A stretch of DNA of 64,000 bases, taken from Bacteroidia bacterium (GTDB lineage: Bacteria > Bacteroidota > Bacteroidia > Chitinophagales > BACL12). The stretch covers positions 5,908 through 69,907 of the forward strand of contig JAUIHG010000001.1 in the NCBI GenBank assembly GCA_030432405.1, written 5' to 3'. Every line of letters starts with the position of its first letter. Positions within the stretch are counted from its first letter, which is position 1. This document shows, in pieces, positions 27,088 to 36,195 of this stretch. Made by a program: the position numbers and the translations under genes. The notes beneath the pieces were generated by a model. The model was not told the origin of the DNA. It did no database searches and worked only from the letters and a program-made list of their open reading frames with translations.

Positions 27088-29214
27088 ATGCGCGCTGTTT
27101 CCGGCTGCAGGCGCCTGCAGCGGCCCATCCATTTCCTGTTGTTCTGGGCCCTTTTGGGCCTTTCCGGCCCGCTGTGCAGGGCTGCGGACGCCGAAATGCC
27201 CGGGCACAGCAGCACGGCGGCGGTCGGGGAATGGCGCGCCTCCGGCGAAGGCCAGTGGCACTGGGGTCCACGCAGCCCGCGCAGCGGCTTCTCCGACCGT
27301 TGGGTGCGTTGGCGCCTGCCCCTCCCGGACTCGGGCTTTGCCGCCGGGCCGGGCACAGTGCTGCAAAGCCCCATCGGCCCCGGTGGACGGTCCACCGCCC
27401 AGCAAAGCCCACACGGGCCCGCCGAAGCCGTGCTGGAAATCGGCAACCCCTTTGTGCCGCACATGGCCCTTGCGCTGTACGACGGCAGTGGCCGGCGCAT
27501 CGACTCCCTGCAGCTGTTCGGCAGCGCCGTGGCATCACCCGTGCGGATGCCGCTGCGGACCCTGGGCGGCCCGCTCGAACGCCGCAGCCCCTCCCCGCTT
27601 TACGTGGTGGAACGGCCCGACCCGCTCTACCAATTGCCCATTGCCTGGAACACCGCAACCGGCGGTTGGGTGGACCTCTGGGTCCGCGGCGACGGCAGCA
27701 ACCGCGTATTTCCCGTCACCCTCTGGAGCCCCGAAAGGCTGGAACACCGCCAGGGCGAACGCCTTGGGGTCATGGCCGCTTTTCTGGCCGTTTTGCTGGC
27801 CGTGCTGGTCTTTGGCGGGCTTTTCTCCACCGTGGTCAGCACCGACTTCGGTTGGCCCTACCTGCTCTGGGTGGCCAGCGGCATGGCCTATCTGGTGGCC
27901 GTTTCCGGCCTGGGCTACGCCTACGCCTATCCCCTGCACTACCACTGGCACGTGCTCTTGCCGGTGCTGTTCGGCAACGCCACGGCCTGGTCCCTGCTGC
28001 TGGTGCTGCAGCGCCTCTACCGCACCCAGCCGCTCTACCCCATCCTCCACCGCGTCTTCGAGCTGACGCGGATTTTGCTGCTCGTTTTTGGCCTGGTCAG
28101 CTTCCTGTTGCCCTGGATGGGCACCGGGGCTACGCGAAGCGTCTATTTAGCCCAGGAGGCTTTGTGGCTGGAGGTTTCGGTGTTGGTGTTTATCGCGCCA
28201 TTGGCCTTCGCCGTACGGCGAAAACACCCGGAATCCCCGCTGCTCTTCCTGGCCCTGGGCCCGTTGGCCGTCGGCGTTGGCATGGAGACCCTGGAGAACA
28301 TGGGCCTGGTGCAATGGGCATTCCGCACGCAGGTGTTGCATTGGATTGGTACGGCCAGTGCGGTGCTGCTTACCGCGCCGATCCTGCTGTTCCGCATGCG
28401 GCGCAAAATCGAAGAGGGCTTCCAATGGGAGGGCGCGGCGCTCTTGCGGCGGCGGCTCGATGCGTTTGTGCTGTTTCAACGGGAGGCGCGTCTGCGCGAA
28501 AACCTGCAACAGGCCATCCAGGAACGGCTCGGGCCGCTGATCCGGGAGGTGGAGGAGGGCTTGGAGCGTTTGCAGGGCGGGGCGGGGGCTTCGCCTGCCG
28601 GCGAACCGCCTTTGCCGGCCGAAGGTGCTGGGTTGACGTCCACCGCTGCAGGGCCTTCACCCGGGGGGGCGGCTTTGCCCACCGCGGCGCTGGACCATGC
28701 CCGGGAGCGGCTGGCTTCGGCCAAGGCCGAACTGCGCGTGATTGCCGAAAACCGCCTGCCCACGGACTTGGTGCGCCAGGACCTGGCTCCGGCCTTGGAG
28801 GGCCTCGCCGAACCGCTGCGGGCCGATGGGGTGGTGGTGGACATCGACCTGACGGGCCTGCCCGGCCGCTGGGATCCCGATCCGATCACCCGCATGGCGC
28901 TCTTCCGCACGGCCCAGGGCCTGTTGAGCAATGTGCTGCAGCATGCCCGGGCCCGGCATTGCTGGCTGGAGCTTTCCGGCACCCACCGCGAGCTGGTGCT
29001 ACGGGTGCGCGACGACGGCATCGGGCTGCCTTCGGCCGGCTGGCCGGATGCATACCAAACGGATGGCAACCCGCCCGAACAACCGCTCATGCCCCGCGGC
29101 CGCGGCATGGACATTTTGCGCCAACGGGTTCAGGCCCTTGGCGGCAGCGTGCACTGGACCGGCGCGGCCGGACAGGGCACCGAATGCGTGGTGCACATTC
29201 CCCTTACCCTCTGA
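27088..29214 (+). CDS. 7TMR-DISM-type sensor histidine-kinase-like protein (HisKA_3/HATPase_c) lacking the phospho-accepting His
   Basis: I use the internal ATG at 27088. It has a signal sequence, a periplasmic domain of about 300 aa and 7 TM helices. The DHp-like helix is REARLRENLQQAIQERL, with Gln where His is expected. The HATPase motifs are LSNVLQHA, VRDDGIGL and GRGMDILRQRVQALGG. Confidence 0.8.
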   Translation: MRAVSGCRRLQRPIHFLLFWALLGLSGPLCRAADAEMPGHSSTAAVGEWRASGEGQWHWGPRSPRSGFSDRWVRWRLPLPDSGFAAGPGTVLQSPIGPGGRSTAQQSPHGPAEAVLEIGNPFVPHMALALYDGSGRRIDSLQLFGSAVASPVRMPLRTLGGPLERRSPSPLYVVERPDPLYQLPIAWNTATGGWVDLWVRGDGSNRVFPVTLWSPERLEHRQGERLGVMAAFLAVLLAVLVFGGLFSTVVSTDFGWPYLLWVASGMAYLVAVSGLGYAYAYPLHYHWHVLLPVLFGNATAWSLLLVLQRLYRTQPLYPILHRVFELTRILLLVFGLVSFLLPWMGTGATRSVYLAQEALWLEVSVLVFIAPLAFAVRRKHPESPLLFLALGPLAVGVGMETLENMGLVQWAFRTQVLHWIGTASAVLLTAPILLFRMRRKIEEGFQWEGAALLRRRLDAFVLFQREARLRENLQQAIQERLGPLIREVEEGLERLQGGAGASPAGEPPLPAEGAGLTSTAAGPSPGGAALPTAALDHARERLASAKAELRVIAENRLPTDLVRQDLAPALEGLAEPLRADGVVVDIDLTGLPGRWDPDPITRMALFRTAQGLLSNVLQHARARHCWLELSGTHRELVLRVRDDGIGLPSAGWPDAYQTDGNPPEQPLMPRGRGMDILRQRVQALGGSVHWTGAAGQGTECVVHIPLTL

Positions 29215-29218
29215 TGGC

Positions 29219-31264
29219 ATGAAGGCGATGCGCCATAAATCTCCATCCACGCACCGTGCTGCCGAGCGGAGTCTTCCGGCCAGTAGGGCTGTGCCTGATG
29301 GAATGCGCGGTTGCACCGGATGGCTGGTGGGCTGTCTTTTGGCGTTGGCCTGTCTGAACGCATGGCCCCTTCATGCGCAAACCGCAAAAGGCTCCGGTAC
29401 ACCATCCGCCGACCCGACCACCGATGGCGCGGTCACGGATTGGGGGCTGTTTGTATTTGGCGGACCGCAGACCAAAGGGCAGGGGGCCATGCGGCACATG
29501 GACCTCGGCGCGTGGACCATTCCAAACGCCGATGGCCAGCACCGGCTCCGCCTCCAAATTCAAAACAACAGCCGCGACAGCGTTCTTGTTTTGGTTTTGC
29601 GCAACCCCTACCTGCAACAGCTGGATGCGGTATGGCAAACGGAAGGCGCAAAGCCCTTCCGGCAACAAACCGGCATAACCGGAGGCTTCCGGCAACGGCC
29701 CGTGGCCACGCCCTTGTTGCGCCTGCGCCTGCCCATCCAACCGGGCGCAACGGGAAGCCTGGACCTGCTGCTCGACAACGGAGGCCTGCGCACGCGCAGC
29801 GTGGTCTCCCTGGAAAGTCCTGCGGCCAGCCAACGGGAGCGGCGGCAGCGCACTGCGGTATTGGCGTTCTACTTGTCCGGTGCAGTATTCACCCTCTTGT
29901 TCGGTTTTTTCATTTTGGCTTTTGTCCGGGCCTACATCCGCTTTTCCTACGGTTTCTTTTTTGCGTCGAGTTTGGGACTGGTGGTGGCCAACCAGGGCAT
30001 CGGCTATGCGCTTTTCTGGCCTTCGGCCGAAGGCTGGCAAGCTTCTGCCGAAGGCGTGCTGATGAATGCCGCTCTGCTGGGCGGTTTGCGTTTCATCCAG
30101 CGTTTTCTCAAACCCGAAAAGCACTTCCGCTGGGCCAGTCCGTTCCTGTTGGCGCTCATGCTGGGCCTGGCGCTTTTTGCGAGTTTGTGGCTTTTTGCAC
30201 CCCATTGGGAGGCGGGAGTCCTTGCGCATTTTCAAAACGCCAACGACGCCTTAATCTTGCTCGGACTGTTGGCCATGGCCGTCCTGCCCTGGGTGCTGTT
30301 TGCACATCAAAAGAACTGGGAAGCGCCCGCGCTATGGCTGTCTTATGGCGTGCTGGCCGGTACGGTGGGGCTGGACAAGGCAGCAGCCCTGGGTTTGGGA
30401 CCGGCCGGTGGTTGGGGGCCCGGTCTGGAGCGCGGACTGTGGGCGGGCATGGTGATCCTGCATTTTGGAACAACCGTTCTGGTTTTGCACCGCATGCGGC
30501 GTGTGGTGCTCAACCAGGCCCGGGCCAAAGCCGACCTGGACACCGCCCGCGTGCGCCTGTTGCGGGGCCTGGTTTTGCAGGAGGAAAGCGAGCGCTTGCG
30601 GATCGGTTCGGATTTGCACGACGAGGCCGGATCGCGCTTTGCCGCCCTCAAAATGCAGCTCAGCGGCCTGGCCTACGACCACGGTCAGGGCGCACAGCAG
30701 CAAGGTCTGGAGCAGGTCATTGATTCCGTGGATGCACTCAGCCACGCCAACCGGCAACTGGCCCACCGCATGCTGGCCGTGAGCCTGGACAAACTGGGCC
30801 TGCAGGATGCCTTGCGGGCCTACCGCCAGCGCCTGCTCGGCGAAGGCCGGCACGTGGTCATGATCGTGGAAGAGGCCGCCCTGCAACACACCGACGAAAC
30901 CGCCGAACGCCTGCTCTACCGCATGGTGCAGGAGGTGGTTGAAGGGCTTTTTCCCGATGTGCCGGAGCTGCGGATGCGCATCGAAAACGCGCCCGGCGAC
31001 ACCCCCGGCACGGGTGCATCAGGCGCCTTATCCGGCAACCGCTCCGGCGGCTGGAAGGACGGCGCTTCCCCGGGCCGGGAATGGCTGCTGACGGCCGAAG
31101 CACAGGAAGAGGAGCAACCGTTGCCTTCGCCGGACCGGAAAGGTCCGGCATACCAGGGCCTTGCCGCCCGCGCGGCGCTGTTCAGCAGCCAGCGCGACCA
31201 TGCCATCGCATGGAAAGGAGGCAAACTGCGCATCTGGCTGCCCAAACGGGTGGGACAGGCGTGA
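29219..31264 (+). CDS. 7TMR-DISM-type sensor histidine kinase paralog with an intact HisKA_3 His box but a degenerate ATP-binding domain
   Basis: The ATG at 29219 lies 4 nt after the upstream stop codon. It has a periplasmic domain and 7 TM helices. The H-box is SERLRIGSDLHDEAGSRFAAL. In the C-terminal region YRMVQEVVEGLF I see neither an N-box Asn nor a DxGxG motif. Confidence 0.75.
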   Translation: MKAMRHKSPSTHRAAERSLPASRAVPDGMRGCTGWLVGCLLALACLNAWPLHAQTAKGSGTPSADPTTDGAVTDWGLFVFGGPQTKGQGAMRHMDLGAWTIPNADGQHRLRLQIQNNSRDSVLVLVLRNPYLQQLDAVWQTEGAKPFRQQTGITGGFRQRPVATPLLRLRLPIQPGATGSLDLLLDNGGLRTRSVVSLESPAASQRERRQRTAVLAFYLSGAVFTLLFGFFILAFVRAYIRFSYGFFFASSLGLVVANQGIGYALFWPSAEGWQASAEGVLMNAALLGGLRFIQRFLKPEKHFRWASPFLLALMLGLALFASLWLFAPHWEAGVLAHFQNANDALILLGLLAMAVLPWVLFAHQKNWEAPALWLSYGVLAGTVGLDKAAALGLGPAGGWGPGLERGLWAGMVILHFGTTVLVLHRMRRVVLNQARAKADLDTARVRLLRGLVLQEESERLRIGSDLHDEAGSRFAALKMQLSGLAYDHGQGAQQQGLEQVIDSVDALSHANRQLAHRMLAVSLDKLGLQDALRAYRQRLLGEGRHVVMIVEEAALQHTDETAERLLYRMVQEVVEGLFPDVPELRMRIENAPGDTPGTGASGALSGNRSGGWKDGASPGREWLLTAEAQEEEQPLPSPDRKGPAYQGLAARAALFSSQRDHAIAWKGGKLRIWLPKRVGQA

Positions 31265-31284
31265 AGCAGCCGGGAACACGAGGC

Positions 31285-31887
31285 TCAGATCAGCCCCCCC
31301 TTGGCCGCCCAACCGATCAGTTCCGCCACGTTTTTGGCGCTGGTTTTGGCCAGCAGGTTTTTGCGGTGGGTGTCGACCGTGTTCTTGGAGATGTAGAGTT
31401 TGCCGGCAATCTCCTGGCTGTTGTAGCCTTCGGCCAACAGCACGAGCACATCTTTTTCCCGCGCGGAAATATCGGGGATGGGCAGGTCGGGTTTGTGGCC
31501 CTGACCGCTGCCCTGGTAAGCCGTTTCGCCGGCGCTCACGCGCTGCAACACATCGAGCAGGCGCTCCTTGGACACGTTTTTGAGCAGGTAGCCGGAGGCC
31601 CCCACTTTTCGGGCGCGCCGGAGCAGGGGCTCCTCGTCGTAATCGGTGAGCATGATGACCTTGAGCTCGGGGCGTTCGGCCAACAGCCGCTCGGTGGCCT
31701 CGATGCCGTTGACCGGGGCCATCTCGATGTCCATCAGGACGATGTCCACCGGCAGGGTGCGGAGCTTGAAGAGGGCTTCCCGGCCATCGGTGGCCGTTCC
31801 GGCAATATTGATGTCGGGTTCGTGCTCCAGCAACATGCTAATCCCGCTGCGGGTCAGCTCCTTGTCGTCAACGATGAATACGCGCAT
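31285..31887 (-). CDS. NarL/LuxR-family response regulator
   Basis: 200 aa. The REC domain reads MRVFIVDDKELTRSG...DIVLMDIEMAPVNG...KVIMLTDY. The LuxR HTH reads ISAREKDVLVLLAEGYNSQEIAGKLYISKNTVDTHRKNLLAK. Confidence 0.9.
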   Translation of the reverse strand: MRVFIVDDKELTRSGISMLLEHEPDINIAGTATDGREALFKLRTLPVDIVLMDIEMAPVNGIEATERLLAERPELKVIMLTDYDEEPLLRRARKVGASGYLLKNVSKERLLDVLQRVSAGETAYQGSGQGHKPDLPIPDISAREKDVLVLLAEGYNSQEIAGKLYISKNTVDTHRKNLLAKTSAKNVAELIGWAAKGGLI

Positions 31888-31904
31888 GGGGCAACTACGT
31901 GAAA

Positions 31905-31923
31905 TGCGGCGGCAACCGCCGCA
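31905..31923 (-). terminator. GC hairpin between the DUF4412-like gene and the response regulator (weak terminator candidate)
   Basis: On the plus strand the sequence is tGCGGCGG-caa-CCGCCGCa, a 7-bp GC stem. On the minus strand it is followed by ATTTCAC, a poor U-tract. Confidence 0.3.
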
Positions 31924-31968
31924 AAGATCAGGTGCAGCCCCGATTCAGGCGCCTCAGAAAACGCTCGG

Positions 31969-32985
31969 CTAGCGGCCCATCGCCTGGAAGGTGTAGTCCG
32001 ACTTGCGGATGGTGGTGCCGGAGGTGCTGATTTTGGTGGTCACCCAGGAGGTGGTATCCCCGGATTTCTTGTCTACGGCATGCGACTCCATCATGGTACC
32101 CTGCAGGTCGCCGTAGCCCTGGAAAAAGGCCGCGGGCGCATTGGCGCCAAAGCCGCTCATGAAGGCGTCCATCCAGTCGGCAGGCAGTTCCCGGGTCATG
32201 TAGAAGGTGGCCTCGGTATCCTCGTCTTCGCCTTTGTACTCCGAACACTTGTAGCCGGCCACGGTCTTGGTGCGGCCGGTAGCCTTGAAACCATACGCTT
32301 CGTAGTCCTGGCCGGCCTGCTCCATCTGGGCCTGCCCGTATTGGCCGGCCATTTCCATCATGTTGGGGATGGCCATGGCGGTTTTGCTGCCGTCCTCTTC
32401 TTCAGTGAACACGGCCATCAGGCCATTTTCCGAGTCGATGACGCTGGTCTGGTGGCGGTCGGTGCCCTCTTCCTGCATGGCCACGCCAAAACGGTCGCCG
32501 TCCTTGTCGACAAGCAATTCCAGCTGCTGGGGGTCTTCGCCAGTCTGGCGAATTTCCACATGCATGACCATGTCAAAGGTGTAGGTGGCGGGCACCTCGG
32601 CCGATTTGTCCATGTTGCCCATCATCTGCTGCATCATGGCCATTTGCTCCTCGGTCATGCCGCTTTGGCCCGCGCTGCCGCCGGAAGGCATGCTGCTGGA
32701 GCTGCTGCTGCTCCCGGAGGATTGGGAGGCGCCGGAGGAGCTGCCGCTGCTTTGCTGGGAGCCGCCAAACAGGCCGTCCAGCCAGCTGTCCACAGCTTCG
32801 CTGGATTCTTCGGCAACCTTGTCCGATGCACTTTCCGATACGCCCTCGGTGACCTTTTCGGTGGTTTTGTCCGCCGTTTTGTCGATCAGCTTGTCCAGGA
32901 ATCCCTGGCCCTGGGCCGGTTGGATGGAAAAGGCCAAGAACGCCATCATGGCGAAGGCCATCGTGAGTTTGTGTGCGTTGGTCAT
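31969..32985 (-). CDS. Secreted DUF4412-like protein with a Ser/Gly-rich linker
   Basis: I use the internal ATG at 32985 (MTNAHKLTMAFAMMAFLAFSIQPAQG). A low-complexity tract reads SSGSSSGASQSSGSSSSSSS. C-terminal FKATGRTKTVAGYKCSEYKGEDEDTEATFYMTRELP fits the DUF4412 pattern. Confidence 0.6.
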   Translation of the reverse strand: MTNAHKLTMAFAMMAFLAFSIQPAQGQGFLDKLIDKTADKTTEKVTEGVSESASDKVAEESSEAVDSWLDGLFGGSQQSSGSSSGASQSSGSSSSSSSMPSGGSAGQSGMTEEQMAMMQQMMGNMDKSAEVPATYTFDMVMHVEIRQTGEDPQQLELLVDKDGDRFGVAMQEEGTDRHQTSVIDSENGLMAVFTEEEDGSKTAMAIPNMMEMAGQYGQAQMEQAGQDYEAYGFKATGRTKTVAGYKCSEYKGEDEDTEATFYMTRELPADWMDAFMSGFGANAPAAFFQGYGDLQGTMMESHAVDKKSGDTTSWVTTKISTSGTTIRKSDYTFQAMGR

Positions 32986-33120
32986 CGTATGTGTGCTTGA
33001 TGCGTGTGTGGGTGCTGGTGCGCGGCAGCGGGTCCGTCTAGCTTTGGCGCCGCAACATACAAAGGTAGCCGATCGGTGAGGTGGGGCCAAATCGCGGCAC
33101 GGCGGTACGGCCGCAGTGCG

Positions 33121-35538
33121 TTATGGCGTTTTTCGATCCAGGCTCCAGCGCAGCCCGATGTAGCCTTCCCGGCCGTGGTTGGGCGCGTAGGCATAGGCCG
33201 TGTCGAAAAAGGGGCTGAAGCCGGGCGGATTGCCAGGGTCGCCCAGGCCGGACAGCGGCGAACCGGGCTGGCGGTAGTTCAGCAGGTTCTGCACGCCACC
33301 GTAGACGGCCAGTCGTTCGCCAAAGCGCTTTTCGATCTGGATGTTGGCCAGCACAAAGGGCTCGGAAACCTGCGCGCGCGGATTGGGCAGCGGGTTGCCG
33401 GCCGCATCGAGGTCGTAGACTTGGGGCAGGGCCATGGGGCCGGTGGCGTTCGCCGTAACGGCGAACGTGATGTCCGGCTTGCGCCAGGTGTAGTTGGCGG
33501 TGAACACGCCGGTCCAGCGGGGCGCAAGCTCGATGTCGCGCAGGGTTCGGGTGCCGGTTTCGTCGACCTCGGCCTCCACCACGCGCTGGGCCTGGAAGCT
33601 GGCCTGGAACCCGAGCGGGAAGTTGAAGCTGTACTGCACGCTCAGTCCGCCGCCGGCGGTGAGCGCGTAGCCGTTGACGTTGCGGTAGTTGATCTCGCCG
33701 ATGGTTTCGTAATCGGTGATCACCTTGTTGGTGAAGTAAGTGCCGAAGCCGTCGATGTCAAAACTGCCCGTGCCCAGGCTGATGTTGAAGAGCTGGTGCA
33801 GGTTCACCGCACCGCTCCAGGAACGCTCGGGTGCGAGGTTTTCGGCAATGACCACCTCGCGCTGGCCGGTGACAAAGGCGTGGTCTTCGGCAAAGAGGTT
33901 CACGATCCGGAAGCCGCTTCCGCCATTCAGGCGAAGGGTGGTCAGGCTGCTCGGGGCGTATTGCACGCTCAGGCGCGGCGACCAGACCAGCCCGTGCCGC
34001 CGGTAATGGTCCATGCGCAGCCCGCCGAGCAGGGTGAGTTTCTCGCTGACCGACCACTCGTCCTGCACAAAGAGCCCGGGGATGAACTGGTTGTCCGGGC
34101 GGTTTTCTGGGGCCGGATCCGGGCCGCCGCCAGATCCCGAACCGCCACCCGCCGGAGTCTCCGTGGCCACGGTATTGTCGTCGTAGTGCTGGCCGCGCAG
34201 GGTGGCGCCGGCCAGGATGCTGTGGTCCCCGAAGGCCTCGTCGTAGATCATGTTGAGGAAGCCCGTGCCTTGCTGTGCCACGTAGCCGTCCGATCCGTAG
34301 TAGCTGTCCTGGTCGTGCCAGGAGGCCGAGTAGTCCAGGCGCAGCGGCAAGGTGGTGTTGAGTTCGTAACGGCCAAAGAGCTCCACGCGTTTGGTGTAGA
34401 TGCTTTCGCCGTACAGGCTGTCGTTTCCGCGGATCTCCCGGTAGGCCCGGTCGGCGAGGTAGTCCTCCAGGCCGTTGCGCCGGTCCTCGTAATAGGCCTT
34501 CGCCGCCAGGCTCCATGCCTTGCCGCTGGGCCGGCCGATTTGCCATTTGCTGAACAGCGAAAGCCGGTCCATGGAAACCGCGTCGCTGAAGCCGTCGTTG
34601 TTGGCGTCGTCAAAGCGGTTGAGGTAGGTCCAGTTCACGCCGATGAAACCGTGCGTATTGCCGATGCGCGGGGCCAGGCCCAGGTTGCCGAAGCTTTCGC
34701 GGTGGGTGGTGCCCATCAGGTCCAGCGAAAACGGCGCCTGCTTTTGCGGGTCCTTGGTGATGATGTTGACCACGCCCGCCACGGCCTCCGAGCCGTAGAG
34801 CGTGCTGTTGGGCCCCTTCATGACCTCGAAGCGGTCGATCATCATGTTCGGAATGCCGTTGAGGCCATACACGTTGGCCAGGCTGCCGTAGATCGGCATG
34901 CCGTCCATCAGCACGGAGGTATAGGGGCCGGGTAGGCCGTTGATGGAGATGCTGTTGGTGAAACACACGCCGCAGGCCACCACTTCCTGCACGCCGTTGA
35001 CCAGGTTGATGCTTTCCACCACGCTTGACGCGGCGGAGGGCAGATAGGTGTTCAACTGTACGTCCGTGATCACCTCGACCTTGACCGGGCTGTCCTTCAG
35101 GTAGCCGTGTTTCATGGTGCCGCTGACCACGACGGTGCTGAGCGCTTCTCCGGGATGGAGGGTCAGGTTGGCGGTGGTGGTTTGCCCGGCTTTTACCGTC
35201 ACCGTTTGCCGTATGCCCTGGTAGCCCACCGCCGTGGCGCGCAGGGTATAGGTCCCTTCTTGCACGCCTTCCAGGCGAAAACGCCCCTCGGCATCGGCGG
35301 CCACCCCATGCGGCGTGCCTTCCAGCAACACATTGGCAAAGGGGATCGGGGCGCTGGTGGAGTCCTCCGGACCGGGGCTTTCGATGCGGCCTTCCAGGGT
35401 GCCTGTTTCCTGGTGTTGCGCCTGGTTTTGCGCCTGTCCTTTCGCGTGGTCTTGCGCCTGCCCGGCGAAGGCCAGGCACAGCGGCAACAGCAGCGCCAGG
35501 AGCGGGCGGAGGTGCAGATGTGGAGTTGATCGGGGCAT
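33121..35538 (-). CDS. TonB-dependent receptor with an N-terminal carboxypeptidase-regulatory-like domain
   Basis: I use the internal ATG at 35538 (MPRSTPHLHLRPLLALLLPLCLAFAGQAQ). The regulatory-like domain is LEGRIESP...FANVLLEGTPHGVAADAEGRFRLEGV. The plug reads VMKGPNSTLYGSEAVAGVVNIITK. The barrel ends YIGLRWSLDRKTP. Confidence 0.9.
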   Translation of the reverse strand: MPRSTPHLHLRPLLALLLPLCLAFAGQAQDHAKGQAQNQAQHQETGTLEGRIESPGPEDSTSAPIPFANVLLEGTPHGVAADAEGRFRLEGVQEGTYTLRATAVGYQGIRQTVTVKAGQTTTANLTLHPGEALSTVVVSGTMKHGYLKDSPVKVEVITDVQLNTYLPSAASSVVESINLVNGVQEVVACGVCFTNSISINGLPGPYTSVLMDGMPIYGSLANVYGLNGIPNMMIDRFEVMKGPNSTLYGSEAVAGVVNIITKDPQKQAPFSLDLMGTTHRESFGNLGLAPRIGNTHGFIGVNWTYLNRFDDANNDGFSDAVSMDRLSLFSKWQIGRPSGKAWSLAAKAYYEDRRNGLEDYLADRAYREIRGNDSLYGESIYTKRVELFGRYELNTTLPLRLDYSASWHDQDSYYGSDGYVAQQGTGFLNMIYDEAFGDHSILAGATLRGQHYDDNTVATETPAGGGSGSGGGPDPAPENRPDNQFIPGLFVQDEWSVSEKLTLLGGLRMDHYRRHGLVWSPRLSVQYAPSSLTTLRLNGGSGFRIVNLFAEDHAFVTGQREVVIAENLAPERSWSGAVNLHQLFNISLGTGSFDIDGFGTYFTNKVITDYETIGEINYRNVNGYALTAGGGLSVQYSFNFPLGFQASFQAQRVVEAEVDETGTRTLRDIELAPRWTGVFTANYTWRKPDITFAVTANATGPMALPQVYDLDAAGNPLPNPRAQVSEPFVLANIQIEKRFGERLAVYGGVQNLLNYRQPGSPLSGLGDPGNPPGFSPFFDTAYAYAPNHGREGYIGLRWSLDRKTP

Positions 35539-35615
35539 GGCGGAGCAGCGGGAGCGTTGGTGCGTCTCGGACATGCGTTCGCCGGATGGCACCGTGTTTA
35601 TGCCGCCAAAGATCG

Positions 35616-35637
35616 TTTTTTAGATTGGTCTAAAAAA
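35616..35637. repeat. Perfect 9-bp AT-rich inverted repeat (TTTTTTAGA-ttgg-TCTAAAAAA)
   Basis: Read directly at 35616..35624 and 35629..35637. It lies between the higA stop codon (35653) and the TBDR start codon (35538). It could be an operator or a weak bidirectional terminator. Confidence 0.35.
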
Positions 35638-35652
35638 CTGTTTGTGCAGGCT

Positions 35653-35970
35653 TTAACGTTTACCCCCTTCTTCGCCCGGTCTGCCGAGCACCCGCACGCG
35701 CTTGACCTTCCGCTTGGGTTTGGTCCTGGCCAGGTGGTGGTTGACCTGCAGGTTCAGCCAGAACTCCGGCGTAGTTCCCAACGCACCCGACAGCATCCAT
35801 GCCTCCGTTGCCGATACCATGCTACGACCCTCCACAATCGACGCTATCCTGTTGGCTGGAAGGTTCAAATGCTTGGCCAAGTCCTTTATTGTCAAAGTCA
35901 AAGGCTCGAGAAATTCGAAAGACAATACTTCTCCTGGGTGTGCCGGGATGCGCTTGGAGTATTGATTCAT
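35653..35970 (-). CDS. higA: HigA-family antitoxin (XRE-type HTH)
   Basis: 105 aa. IPAHPGEVLSFEFLEPLTLTIKDLAKHLNLPANRIASIVEGRSMVSATEAWMLSGALGTTPEFWLNLQ is the canonical HigA/VapI signature. A basic C-terminal tail follows. Confidence 0.85.
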   Translation of the reverse strand: MNQYSKRIPAHPGEVLSFEFLEPLTLTIKDLAKHLNLPANRIASIVEGRSMVSATEAWMLSGALGTTPEFWLNLQVNHHLARTKPKRKVKRVRVLGRPGEEGGKR

Positions 35971-36195
35971 GGATTATCGTAAGAGCTATGAGGTGGATGG
36001 AGTACTTAAGAGCTGCATACTCAGGGATCAGGCCAAAAAAAGCAAGGAATTCGTCATCACTTTTTGAAGCATCAACAAGGAATGCCACAGGGCTAAAAAT
36101 CTGAGTCCAACATTTGAACGTGTACTGAGCTAAAACAGTGAAATTCAAAAGCAATACCGCCATGCAGGTAAAAGCAACTCTTGTCATGGGGGTGT

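Noticed and set aside
35822-36187. 121-aa minus-strand ORF upstream of higA as the HigB toxin
   Set aside because: It shows no RelE/HigB-like sequence. Its N-terminus looks like a signal peptide or TM helix. It would overlap higA by about 150 nt out of frame. I kept it as an open question in the findings rather than calling it a feature.
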